Source: Lingula anatina
Taxonomy: Eukaryota; Animalia; Brachiopoda
DNA length: 64,000 bases
Assembly (NCBI GenBank): GCA_051362555.1
Contig: CM120648.1
Location: 14,690,587-14,754,586, forward strand
Direction of reading: 5' to 3'
In this document: piece by piece, positions 14,534-27,800 of the stretch
Layout of the letters: every line of letters begins with the position of its first letter
Position numbering within the stretch: position 1 is the first letter of the stretch
Translations under genes and position numbers: made by a program
Notes under the pieces: generated by a model
The model's database searches: none
Told to the model about the DNA's origin: nothing
Seen by the model: only the letters and a program-made list of their open reading frames with translations

Positions 14534-15463
14534 ATAAGTAAAATTCCTGGTAATGGCCAGTAGTTAGGTAAGGCGAGGCCTCGTGTATAACGTATTTTAC
14601 CTGTGCCTTATGGTCGAAAATCAACAGTTCGAAATTCTTTATTTTTTATTTTCTGCATTTTGAAATGATAGACCAATAAATATAAGGTCGGTTTTTCGCC
14701 AAGTCTCTAATTCCATGATAGAGACCATGCTTGCTAATAAATGTGTTTCATTGGTGGTGTCACGGTATCTGACAGCGTTATATGGCAGTTTCTAGCAGAT
14801 AAAGTAACAAGCATAGGAGCAAAGGGCATTCAGAATGGTCCGATTCAACGCCGCCTGCTCCGGTCTCCTGCTTCATGTCTTCCCCCATGTACTCAGTTCA
14901 CACAAACAAAAGTTAGACCACCAGGAATATGGAAGCTCCCCTGTAAGTAGCTGTCTACAGGTACCAAATGGGCAGGCTGCTTTGTTTTATTCTTCAGTAA
15001 AACATTTTTGTTCTATACATATTATTGAGCATTTTATACGGTAGTTGAATTCTGAAAAGTATAAAAACACTTTGCTGAAGGCGCTGTGTTTTATTGCCGA
15101 ACAGCCGTTGCCTTTTACTGTTTTTGTCCTTGGGCCAATTAACAAAACTTACCGTCGGCAAAATATGCATTTATGAATGTGTTCTGTGCAGTATATATAT
15201 ATATATGTGTGTATATTGATACATTGGGCTCAATACAACGTGTGGAAACATAGCTCTATGAAGGTATGACACTCACTCTATCTTTCTCTCTCTCTCAGAT
15301 AAGGTTTTACTTATAGAAATAAGAGGTCGGAGTATTACGGTTACGAATAGAATCTTGAATGTAACACACACTATTAAGACAATCGTGTCAAATGTAACGT
15401 AAAAATTTGTGTAGGTGGAAGTATAGTTCTTGATCACCAGAACACTATGATATATATCCAGAC

Positions 15464-17071
15464 ATGGAGAGTGGGAGGGTAGCAGTGATGGCCAGGAGTA
15501 GCACATGTTTACTGATGTTGTTGATATCTGTCTGGATAACTTCACAGTGGATCCTTCTCTCCAAGTTACCGAGCAGCTCGTCAGCAAGTGAGTACAGGTA
15601 TTTATTGGTCAAGATTTGGTATGCACATCGATTGATTAATTAAATGGAAAAACGAGTAAAAGTAAATTTTTATGTCTAGATTATCAAAACATCGAATTAA
15701 ATATATTTTGAATAATGCTAAATTAGACTAAAACAAATTTTCTAAGCATTTCTGCTCATATTGCTTTTAGCATACACTAGACATAAAATACACGAGACAA
15801 AATAATCCTACTCGTCAATTAGTATACCAGACATGAAATTCTACTGTTCTCCTTCTCATTAAATACACTAGTCATGAAAATATTAATCCTCCTCCTCCTC
15901 CATCCTCCTCCGCTTTATATATTCTAAAAAGGAAACGCTTCTCTTCTTCCACCCGTCAAGAGTACTAAGTCTCCTCCTCCAGGGAGTAGGGCCACCTTAC
16001 CCCCTCTTCCTAAACTAGTGGCCTCGGCTGTCATCATGGTTTTTATGCAACCATGACATAATGCAGGAAGTAAGGAAAGTTTTTAAAACCCTGTTCATGC
16101 TTGATTTTACAGCAAGCGGCATTGGATACTGGGATATGAAGTCAAAGGACCATGGGGATGTGTTAGTCCACCGCGCAACTGTAGCCAAGGAGATCTGCAG
16201 GGCTCATAACATCAGCAGGCTTCCCATGGCTGATCTGGTCCAAGTTCTACAGCGGCCGTCCAGTTATAAGGGGATGGATGGACGGTACATATCATGGCTG
16301 ATTAATGACGATAGGGCGCGCTTTCTTTACTGCGTAGTCCCCAAGACAGGTTCCACCAACCTACGGAGAATCTTGGCGGAACTCAAGCAGAGACCACAGA
16401 ACGTAACACGAGCATTCAACTGGACTCGGATGGCGGCAAAGGAATCCTGGTTCTATAGGTTTGACTTTCTCTCGTCAAGATCAGCAGACCAAATTTCAGA
16501 AATCCTCAATAGGCCAAATTATACCAAGATCCTGACAGTACGGCATCCTATAGAACGGATCATATCTTTATACCGGATGCTTTTTGAAGGAGATCATTTC
16601 GAGAACAAAACGGTTAACTTTCTTCAAAGTGTCACCGATGGTATGGTGCAATTGATAAGGGGAAGGTTAAAAATGCCAAACTTGACATCCAAAAATGTCA
16701 CATTTACACACCTCGTTCGGTACATCATTGACCACGACCAGTGCATCAAGCAGGCGAGATGTAGAACAAACTGGTACGAGGCGCACTGGTCTCCCGTCTG
16801 GAGGATGTGCCGCGTCTGCTCCGTGGATTACGACATCGTTATTCGACTAGAGACCTACGACATGGACCTGCCTTACCTGCTGCACAGGGCCAACTTCTCC
16901 AGCACTCTCCATTATCCAGATTATTACAAACGAACCAGTAAGGGACTAACAGACAGGTATTTAAAACAACTAACCAAGGAACAGATAGACGGCTTGTATG
17001 AAGTGTATAAAATGGACTACAAGTTGTTCGGATACAGTCATACCAGACCAGATATATTCAAGGATAAGTGA
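15464..17071 (+). CDS. Golgi carbohydrate sulfotransferase, HNK-1ST/CHST8-14 (Sulfotransfer_2) family, ~360 aa
   Basis: Exon 15464-15587 encodes a type II membrane anchor (MESGRVAVMARSSTCLLMLLISVWITSQWILL) and ends in a phase-1 GTGAGT donor. It joins exon 16113-17071, which has the 5'-PSB motif YCVVPKTGSTN, the 3'-PB motif VRHPIERIISLY, HWSP...CRVC and the C-terminal LYEVYKMDYKLFGY. Confidence 0.9.
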
Positions 17072-17500
17072 CAGGAGTAGACTCTGTACGTGCAACTATA
17101 ATTATCTGCCTTATACAAAGAGTCATATACCGGTATATTCAGTTACTGGGTTCTGTTTCCCCCAAAGGCCAAAGTCATACTTGAGGCAACAATATTTAAC
17201 CACTGAGACTTAGCCGACTAAGGTGCGTTTCACTCAAAAGGAACGCTTACCTCGTCGCGCAGTTTGATTGATCATTTGACTATATTGCTTCTACTAATGC
17301 TTCTACTACTGCTATATTACTTAATTGAATTATTCATTTAGAGCTGAAAAATTCATAAAATTATGTTCTGTAGACTTAACAAATACAAGACAAATAAAAT
17401 AAGAAAATGTCCAATTACAATGTTTTGTATTAAAAGTATATACAGAAAAATGTCCAATGATTATGTTCAGTAAAGTATAAAATGGTCGACCATAAAACTT

Positions 17501-17730
17501 TTAAATAGTTTTAAGAGCTTTTGAAAGATAATCTGCTGAGCTTATATTCCTTAGTTCTAATGGTAACTGATTCCATTCATACGGAGCTGCGTATTCGAAA
17601 TATATTTCTCCATATAAACACTTAGGTGTTAACACTAACTTGTCCTTAGATCTGAACGTGTGATTTGGTGGAATAATGAGATACAAGTTCACAAAGGTAA
17701 TCTGGTGCAAGTCCACAACAAGTAGCATGA
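17501..17730 (-). mobile_element. CR1/L2-clade LINE ORF2 C-terminal remnant
   Basis: ORF 17501..17728 reads ...FRSKDKL...YFEYAAPYEWNQLPLELRNISSADYLSKALKT, matching the LRS...F..AAP..WN.LP..IR...FK..LKT tail of CR1/L2 reverse transcriptases. Confidence 0.65.
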
Positions 17731-18166
17731 GCGTGTATTAAAAGTTTGAATCAACCCCGTGTATGTACAGGTAACGAGTATTGTTTATATTTTAACCTAG
17801 TGTTAACGTCGATATGCGAGTGCCTCACGAACTGCCAAAGAAAGGCTAGGGTTCGTCTTTCTCCGCCACTGGGCAAATACGGTAACTGTAGGAGAAAGAA
17901 CATCCACATACGATACTTTTTAAAAATGCTCTCGTGGAATTATTTGATTGCCACCCAATAATAGAAAAACAATTGTAATCTGCGACCAGCGACGATATAA
18001 ATTACGACCGATGTTCTGTTGGCGTGGCACAGACTTCTGACCACGTTAACATTCGACCTGCTATCGGAAGACCGCAGTTCCTGAAACGACCTAAGGAATT
18101 TGGCCCCCACCCCTGCCAACCTCACCCCCTCCACCCGCCTACGGGTCTGTATTGAGTATTAAAGAG

Positions 18167-18228
<62 letters not shown>

Positions 18229-18635
18229 AGCCAGCATGGCTTCAGGACACCGTTGTAGTTGAAGTCCTGCTACTTTCAAAAAACGAAACTCCAAGCTGGT
18301 GAAAGGCAGATGTTCATGAACTAGAAAACATAAAGGCTCAATGTTTTTAAAATAGAAAACATAGAGGTATTTATAAATTATAATCGAATATACATATAGT
18401 TGAAATACTGAACTTTAAAACTAGAAATAAAAATAACACACACACACAAAAACTAAATATCTCCTTCCAACGACCCAATTTCTCCCGCAGGTTCTATGCG
18501 TTCTGGTCTTTGTTTTAATTTCTGAAAACGAATTTCTGATCAGACGCTTTAAATATCTTTGTCATTACGCGCACGGGAGCCCCGATAGTTATTATGTTCT
18601 TACAAGAAATTACTTCAGTAAGTACAACATGTTAA

Positions 18636-19494
18636 TGTGAGCAATTATAATGAGGCTTCGTTGTATGACTTTGTTCTGACCAATGCCCTAAGGAGAGTTT
18701 TATGTGTAGGCCATAGATCTGGCCAGCTGTATGTGTAGCCTGCGTTAAATTATAAAGTGTCGTGTGTTGATGACAAGTTGTCAAGGGTGCCAGGGAAATG
18801 ACCAGTCAGTAATAACATAGTGCAAGCAGTGAGACCTTGGCAAGGGCGATGTTTCTGGGATAAAATGCACTTTTTGCACTTTTGTGGAATTTTGGTTGTC
18901 CAAGTTGTTTTTGTGATGAGAGTATTTAACTCAGATGATCAAACGGACGATGGTTCTTGGCGAAATGGGGGAGAGAGCAACCACGTGGATACCGTGTGGG
19001 AGCATCCCGCACTGACTAGGTCGCTCTATGACGTCACATGTACTTCCTGATTCAGGTGTACACCTAGGAATTATCGGATATAAACATGGATTATGATATA
19101 CGGTGGAGCAGTAACATTTAAACTTGGGATTTCACCGGAGTGACGGACAATGGTCTCCTCACGTAATGAGGATATTGAACAGTAAATAGAGGACGGACAT
19201 ATCATGGTGGTTATAATATATGTCATCAAGAATCTAGTGATAATGTGGAACGATTAACATGTACATGTAAGTGAATCGTGCAATCATTATCTTATTCAAT
19301 CGAGCCATAATTCTCTAATAAACCTTAAATTTTGTGTGATTGATTTATTCGTGTGTCTTAATTTGACTTGACTTATACATGTATCCTTATTATTATTTGT
19401 GAATAAACGTTAGCAAATTTCATTTCTTTTTTTCCTTCTTCAGTGGACATGCATTCAGTTACATGTAGTTGTTCAATTGTGAACCTTGCTCACA
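18636..19494 (+). mobile_element. Candidate solo LTR (859 bp)
   Basis: Perfect 9-bp inverted termini TGTGAGCAA...TTGCTCACA, internal TATAAA near 19079 and AATAAA near 19402. No target-site duplication seen. Confidence 0.45.
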
Positions 19495-19875
19495 TCGCCG
19501 TCATACTAATTCTATAAGTGAAAGCAAGAAATATACCAAATATACCGATTTAGAATTGTTTCAATTATATTTACCCAAAAAATAATACGTGCCACCGCGA
19601 ATGTATGACAAATCTTGAGCCAAAATTTTCACTCGTGCATCTATCAATCAACAGTAAAAACCACTTAATTAAAAATTTATTTGAAGATTTGTCGTAACAT
19701 CATAAACTTAATGCTTTACGTTGATATAATATTATCTGAAAATCAGTGTATATTGAAATTAGACAAAACAAAACGAACCGATTTATAGTATCCCGAATGT
19801 TCATGTTGAATTTTGTCTACAGAATATGAATTTGTAACTTTAAATGAGAGACCCTAACTCTCCCGCAAACCGGCT

Positions 19876-20229
19876 GGGTGGTTAGAGCAGCTGGTAGCAC
19901 GCTGGGCTAGAAACTAGAAAGTTACAGGATCGAGGTTCAGATGAGTCATGTTTTGTTGAAAAAAATGAAAATCCGTCCCGTTACTATAAAGGGAAGATCC
20001 AAAGTTTAGGGAGGGTGGTTGGGGGAATAGACGAGTCGGTAACGTGCTAGACTGTGGACTAGAAGATGACAAGTTCGATTCCAGAAGAATTTTTGTTTTG
20101 AAGGAAAGAAAGTTTACTGAGCTCGGTATAAATGTTTCTTTTTACCCTTGCGAAAAACCTTTGGGTCGATAGCTCAGTCGGTACCACTGCCGACCAGTAA
20201 TTAATGGAACAGGAGATCGAAACTCAGAG
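19876..20229 (+). other. Three degenerate tRNA-like units (A/B boxes), probably repeat-derived
   Basis: TAGAGCAGCTGGTA...GGATCGAGG; TAGACGAGTCGGTA...GTTCGATTCC; TAGCTCAGTCGGTA...GATCGAAACTC. About 145 bp apart; no intact cloverleaf. Confidence 0.5.
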
Positions 20230-22339
20230 TGAAAAAATATTTTATTTTTATTTAAAATTCCCTAATGCATAGATTGGAGAGAAAATATGAAAATAACCCA
20301 ACAACAAATTACCCCTTAGCTACTTTGATTTGAACGGGCTTTATTTATTTGATTCCCGTAATCTTAACATAAGACATATATAAACAATACCAAGACAAGA
20401 TGTGCTCTTACATGCACCAGTACTAAGTATGCTACTAAGTATGCTGAGCTTAGTTAAGAGTTTCTAAAAGAGATTTTATGATTATTTTACCTATGAAGCA
20501 AAAGGTTTCGACTACTATTCAAAGGGCTTGACCACAAAACTGACTCGTCCATATCAGAACATCTTGCCTTACACGGAGTAATAATCAGATTGACAATTTT
20601 CAATGTTATGCAAAAACACTTTTGTCCTCGACTTTCTTTTCCTAAGAGGTTGACTTGGTTATTTTACGACATAACACTTATTATTTGGAACAGATATCGC
20701 TAGACATATTATTACACAAAAGAAATATCCATATTACAGGGAACAAATCATCTGACATAGATTTTTGAACAATCTCGCAAAAAAAAAAAAAAAAAAAAAA
20801 GAAAAAAAGAAAAGAAAAAAAATCGTATCAATCGTCACAGTTTTGTAGGTCTAAATAAAAATCAGTCATAATCCTTGTGTCATTCATTCTTACGTTTTTC
20901 TGGTACGGAAATTTACTTCAAACATAACCAATAAGTAGGTACACATTTAATAAATACGTTATCCAACACTATGATACTGAAATGTCAAAGTAACATCTTC
21001 ATTGCTGCTGAATTCCATAAATGCAATGTGCTGTTCTAACATATCGTTGGTATCAAAAGGTGCATCTGAATTCTCGTAGCTTGTCAATGGAGTCAACATC
21101 CCCGGCTCTTGCATGAACTGACAACTGAAATTAAATGGCAAAAATTGAGACGGATAATAAATCACTGGACAGTGCTAAAGTCAATACTGTAAATATAACG
21201 TTTATCTATCGTATACACTGTATTGTATTGTGTCTATTTTTCTATGTACTAATTTATACTTAAATCGTACTCCAAGACATAATAAAGTTTTAAAAAATCT
21301 AGCAAATACAGAATCAACTGAGTGTGAATGTGAGTGTCCTAACGCCGCAGGACCTGTTCAGCATAGACCCGATGCGAAAGAGGGTGATTAGCTGGTATTA
21401 GTTACTGAGTACTACTGCTCTGAACGAGTCAACAGACTGTAGACAAAGTATACAGTCCTTTAGATGGTCCCAGTCCAGTCAAGTTTTGGTAGAAAAGAGT
21501 TTCTATAGATGTCATCATTGTGTTCCCATCTTGCCTCAGTTTGCCTTACAGAGACGAGTCCCTATCTGACTATACGCTATGGAAGATAACTCATTGTACT
21601 GATGACATTAAAACTGTATGGAGAATTTGGCATGCTCGTACATGTAAGAGTACAATTTTAGAATTATCCATTTTACCAGATTTTGTTTGCGGCTTAGTCG
21701 TAGGCATAGCCATAGAAAAGCAACACTCCATGTACACTTACAAGTTGGTGTGGACAGATCAGGCTGAATAAACATCCACATTCATCCACGAGGATCGTCA
21801 CCATCTTCGAAACCTTTGCCTTCCACCGTGATTCTTGAGTACCTGTCACTTGGCGATGTCTAATCTGAATAACAACACTCCATTGTATAACAGGTAAGGA
21901 GGGTCAGGGGAAGAACATTGTGTTAGAGAAGATAGCAAGATGTGGCGACAAAAGCACAACATGAACGGTGTTATTTCAAACATATTTACTCTAGTTTTTT
22001 TTCAAACCAGCTTTCCCCATCGTTCACGACATATTAGATACTGTGCGCTCGCTTTACCTACTGAAAGGTCTGAGGCTGAGACTGCAACGTTGGTAAGTTG
22101 CTAAATGTAAGTTCCGGTATCAGAGTTATTTATAGTTCTCATTCTTATTCCACTGGATGACAAAAAACATTCACTCAGTTCATAGGTTTCATTCTTAAGT
22201 TTATCAGAATACAAAATTACACGGTATTGATTTGTATGTGCAGGACGTGCTGATACAAAATAGGTGCACGCCTATCTTAATCAAACATTCAATTAACACT
22301 GACTTGCTAACACTTTTTATAATATTTATTTATAAGTAC

Positions 22340-22570
22340 CATTATATTTATAATATTCATGCAAAATATCTGTGACACATCCTGGAGTCCCATCCAAATA
22401 GTTGACATAAAAGCTTCCAGTGCCCTGGTTACAACATTTCATCACATGGACCTGGATATCTATGGCAGGTTTACAGAACGTTTGACCTCGAAACAGAACA
22501 CAAACCTCCCCCGTACTCATAGCGTCGCAGCCTGGGTTTGGCTGCGTCCCTGTAGGATAAGTATTTCATC
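22340..22570 (-). pseudogene. Degenerate UMOD/GP2/OIT3-like D8C domain fragment (VWDE-like), apparently frameshifted
   Basis: Translation GEVCVLFRGQTFCKPAIDIQVHVMKCCNQGTGSFYVNYLDGTPGC resembles the C...C....I.V..C...FYVYYL..T.GC...YC pattern. The frame breaks both upstream and after TPGC. Confidence 0.4.
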
Positions 22571-24892
22571 TAGCCGTTCTTCATCTTCTTGAAACATTCC
22601 TCCACTAAATTTTTCAATCAATCTAAATGCTTTTTCTTTAAATATTTTTGCAATAATCTTTAAAAGTATCATCATCAGATGTTTTACCACAAAAAAATGA
22701 ATACAACTAGGTTTAAGCAAGGAGTTATAACAGATATAACTCCTTGGTTTAAGTACATGTAATCTAACATCTACAATTTAATTATACATGCCATACTTAC
22801 AAGCTGGCAGCTCACTTGTAAATCACTTGGCAATTAACATGCTCATTATGATGTTAACTATGCAAAGACCCAATTGGGATCTGGACTAGTCCAGTTACCG
22901 GTAGTACATGTAATATATTATCTGTCTACAGTAGCAACTGTTGAAGAACAACCCAAAAAATCACAAAGAAAAGCTGTTCGGTCGAGATACACACAAAGAT
23001 AGACTTATGTTTTTAATTAGAAGCAATCCAATTTGAGTAGTTTCCGCATTTTTCCACCAGATTGCGAATAAAATGTGTTAATTTTGGGTCCCAAGAGGGT
23101 GCACTTTTGAAAATTTGGAGAACAGAAAGATTTTTAAATCAATCACGAATTATGTTTTGGATGCTGCATTTCAACCAGAGTCAAGGGAATCTATAAGCTA
23201 ATCTACGCAGTGGGAGGGGGGGGGGGTGTAATGAAGTAGGGGAGTACTTAGTATAGGTACTGAGGAGTATAGGGATGTGACCACCAATACCATCTCCTTG
23301 AAAAGAGCAGAATCTGACACTGCAGAATCTAGTGTTTTTCAAAGAAGAGATACATGATGTTATTTTGGAAATGACATTTTTATTGTTCTTGATCGTTAGA
23401 CTCGATTACTTTGTTACCGGTGTAACGTAGCAGATTCCCCCGTGATATACCCAAACGCAATATAGAGACGCAATTGATGTCAAAAGCATACTCTTAAAAT
23501 ATTAGGTGCACAGATGGCAAAATATGTTTGATTATTTTAGGGTCTCAGATGAAGAAGTTTGTATCAAAGTTTCATTCTCCTGGAACCATGAATATTAAAA
23601 AATAATTCATCTTTTATCCCCAAAAAGGAACATACGTCATTGTCACAAATGCAAAACGTCCAAATGTGAAACGTTTTACCCACTTTGAAAATTCAATCAT
23701 CACTGGTTTTGACCATTAACTCCCTATAAGTATAACGTTGTAAAAAATATAATAATTTTCTGTATAAAGCAGTTTATTGTTTTTGAGCCACTTTAGTTTG
23801 CTTGTCACTGAATATTAAAAAAACGGGGAAAATACACCCTACCGACAGTTAAATAAACTATTTACTCTCGTGATCCAAATAATATATCAGAAATGTCAAA
23901 CTACCATGGAATCACAATACATTTTTTGGTCTGGAACAGAAAACACTGTTTTCTATTGCACCTCTATATTGGATTTGGGTGGATAGCGACTTTGCTTCCC
24001 ATTCATTTGTACTGGTAAGCCTCGCCCAAGATTTTGACTCACTTAGGTGAGGCTAACCCTAACCATTATAACTATATGGAGGGGGGGAGCTTTCTGTTAC
24101 ACGGAGTCCGTTTCGTTATAGGCCTACTGGTGCTCTCATTCTCGCCTTGTTCCCTGACAAATGCTAACACCGTCCTTCCCGTTGTTCGTTGTAGATAATG
24201 TTTTCAGATGTCATCTTATATCACTGATAACAACAGAGGTAACTGAACGGTAATAGAAGCACCAATACAAGTTTATTCTCATTTATTATTAAACTGAACA
24301 GTTCATTAAACATAACTGTATTACATACATACCTGTACATAAATGTTTCAGGGTTGGTCCCTTTACTAGAGATAGCATTATTGACTTTTTTCTTATCTTT
24401 TGAGCTTCCATGTAATCAAATATTTCATGATACTGGTAAATAACGCTGGTTATTAATAAGTGTCTTTAAACCTTAGATATGTATACATCACAGACCAAGG
24501 CATGCATTTCAGTCATCATTGCTAGTCATAACTAGGACCCTCTTCAGTCTGCGACAACAGAAATTTTAAGAGTTTACATGCACGGTATAATTTCATCAAC
24601 GCGTAAAGCATACTGGTGCTTTATCAAGTATTCCTCAGCTTAGCTCTGGTCCAGTCTCACAGTCTCCACCACAATAACCAGCTCCATTTTATTGCAGACA
24701 CTTCACATGCTCGCTTCACCAATGAGAAAATCTAGTCTTAGACTAGTAGCTCTTACTTAAATCTCAATTACCAGCCAGATTTTGTTTTCACATGTTTATT
24801 ATACAAAAGTCAAATGATTAATTGCACAGGTTTTTTAAGTGTTAGTTTTACTATTTCATGTCCATGAGCCAGTCTGTTGGCAGGAGGACAGG

Positions 24893-27800
24893 TTAGAAAA
24901 TAAAGTATCTCTGTGCCAGAGCCAGTCTGTTGGCAGGAGGACAGGTCAGGTGTTGTCCCTCAGGATGATCAGCTGTCTCCACTGTCACTTTGTACGAGTC
25001 AGGGTCAACTGGAAGACATAAAAAAGTACTGATTGTAATTTATGTGATAAGGTGTGATAAAATGATTGCAAAGATACTACAGACAAAGGAGCAATTACAA
25101 GGACATGGATAGTTCTTCTTGTTAAAGAAGAACTATCTTATTAAATCTTGTTATTGCAACCACCAAATAGCTAAAAGCTCTTGTTTAATTTTCAGTTTAA
25201 AAATTAAAAGAAATCAAACCATTTCAGGAAATCCAATATTGTCTAAAATATATGATTTTCCCATCTTTATTCAGGTACTTCTAACATGTCTTGGGTAGCA
25301 AATGGTGAATCGTCTGTTTACCAAGGTCAATAATATTAAACAGTTTTTTTCAGAGATCACTACTTCTCTGAAATACAACCACTGTTGCTGCTTCATTTTT
25401 AGAGTTAAGACCACCTTGTCATTCAAATCTCTTAGGGTTCCATGGCTCAAATCTCCCCATGTCTTTCCTCACCTGTTATCTTGGGCAGTAAATCATTCAA
25501 TGCCATGGCAGCTTTGGTCAGACCTCGACAGCTGTCCACAGCCACAGCTTTCTTACTGATCCCATATGTAGCCGTCACTCCACTGTTAGCACAGGCCTGG
25601 AATTGGGAACAAGATATTACTATAAATCCCAAAACAATGTATTCAAACACTGCAGTTACTTCCTCTTTTGGCTTAATATATAAATAATTACAGTCTCAAC
25701 ACATATCTACATAACACAAATAAATGTAATCTCTAGGTCACAGCTATCTACACAAGCATTCTGAGCAGGACAGTTATTATGCACCTCCATCATCCAGCTC
25801 AGTGCAAACCATGCCACATAACTTGATGCAAATGGTTGGTGTTCAATGAGAAATTGGATTAATGGTACCCGAGCCCCCACCCTGACTTGCTCAAAACAAA
25901 ATGACAGATTCTTCCAGTCTTGTACCAAAAGGCTGCAGAGTTATGGCCTTATTTTCACCATCCCGAATAATAATAATAATAATAATAATAATAACTTCTC
26001 CAGGACAAGGGACAAAGGGTTGAAATAAACCTGTCCCCACTTGTTGACCTCCTGGGCATGCTAATGCTCACCTTGGATACAAAGACAACGGAGTTGGCTC
26101 CCACAGACTTTCCGTAAGCTCCAAACATCTTCCTTTGTCTCACTGGCTCTGGTGTAGGAATGGATGCATTGGGCATGCCTACACAAACAAGAGGCATGGA
26201 AATATGACTATGTAACAGAATTAACCATATATTTAATAATTGCGATCTTACATATATAATATTGCAGTTATCAATTTATTCTGCCAAACTGTCTATCTAT
26301 TGCTTTAAAAAATTGTTAGTGAGGCAGTTATTTCTTCACTCAATTTAAGTGTATTTCCTAAATAATAATAAATACATGTTTTATTTTCCAAAAGCTGTCT
26401 TTTTAATATTACTCTCTGCCATAAGTATTCACTTCCTTCTTTAATGGTATTTAAACTCTCAACCTATGTCCCAATAATTTATGTAAGATTTTAGTAACTC
26501 ACAACAAAATGAGTTTTACTGCACTACTTAGAATATCTGGAAAGTTATTTTTTAATAATGACCACTAAACCATTATCTCTGGAAAACACCAAGTTTTTCC
26601 CAGCAGTCCTCACCCATCTGTGCCCAGGCTATCTGGCCGCCCTTCACAATGATCTCTGGTTTGGCTCCAAAGAATGCAGGCTGCCATAACACCAAGTCTG
26701 CCAGTTTGCCCGGCTGAAAGAGAAACAACTTTAACCTTTATTTCTTTCAACAAAAGTATCAATATAAAGAAAACATTAATAAGACAAAAATACTCGGGAA
26801 TGTTCCAGGAAGAGAAAATTTTATAGAAGTTCACTATGATTTCATTTGTTTTCAGAGCTGCTACACACAAATACTGTATTTGTTTTCAATAAAACTAGGT
26901 TATTCTACCTTGATGGGACCCTTGGAGGACATCTCATTACAGTCAAGTAAATGTAATTCTTACAGTGGGAAGTGAACATTAGACTGGACTCATATATATA
27001 TGGTGAATTAATGGCAATCACACAGTCAGCTTAGGCTCTAAATAAAGCCTGTTCTAAATGACTGGAGCCACGACTACAGAGGCATCAGGTGCCCCCTACC
27101 TCCACTGATCCTATCAGTTTCCCCATGCCATGTGCCACAGCTGGGTTGATGGTATACTTGGCAATGTAACGCCGGACACGGATATTGTCATTGTCACCTG
27201 TCTCTACTGTCAGCCTGCCTCTGAACTGCTTCATTTTATCTGCCGTCTGCCATGTCCGGGTGATCACCTCCCCTACTCTGCCCATTGCCTGCAACAATTA
27301 ATATGTAATATGTATCAAAATAAATCTAAGAAATAAGCATAAATTAAAAATTCATTAAAAAGCTGATGGGAACTGCAATTTATCAAAACAAAGAAGACAG
27401 TATTTCACTTCATCCTGATCACAGACATTACTTTCCATCTTCAGCTCAAATGGTAAAAATATTCAATTTAGTTCAAGTATATGGTCAATATCAGATTGCA
27501 TGGTAATTTATTATAAAAGTGCAAGTATTTTGCCAAATCTATCCCAACATCAGATTGCAACACATCTATCACAATATCCCAGCTGAAACGTCACTGGTTA
27601 CCATACATGTCATGCCAACCATGTCATCACTGAAATCTTATTATAGGTGTCACAACCAAATACTAAATACAAGACTGACCATGATGTGTTCAGCAATCTA
27701 CAGCTTTCATTTTGAAATCAGGAGAAATGGATGCTTTTAAAATTTAAGTTTCACAAAAGTGATACAAATAAAAATGAGTAACTCTTTATCAACAAATGAG

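Noticed and set aside
14741-14942. ORFs ending at a GTAAGT donor upstream of the CHST-like gene
   Set aside because: No membrane anchor; exon 15464-15587 supplies the anchor and correct phase. At most a 5' UTR exon.
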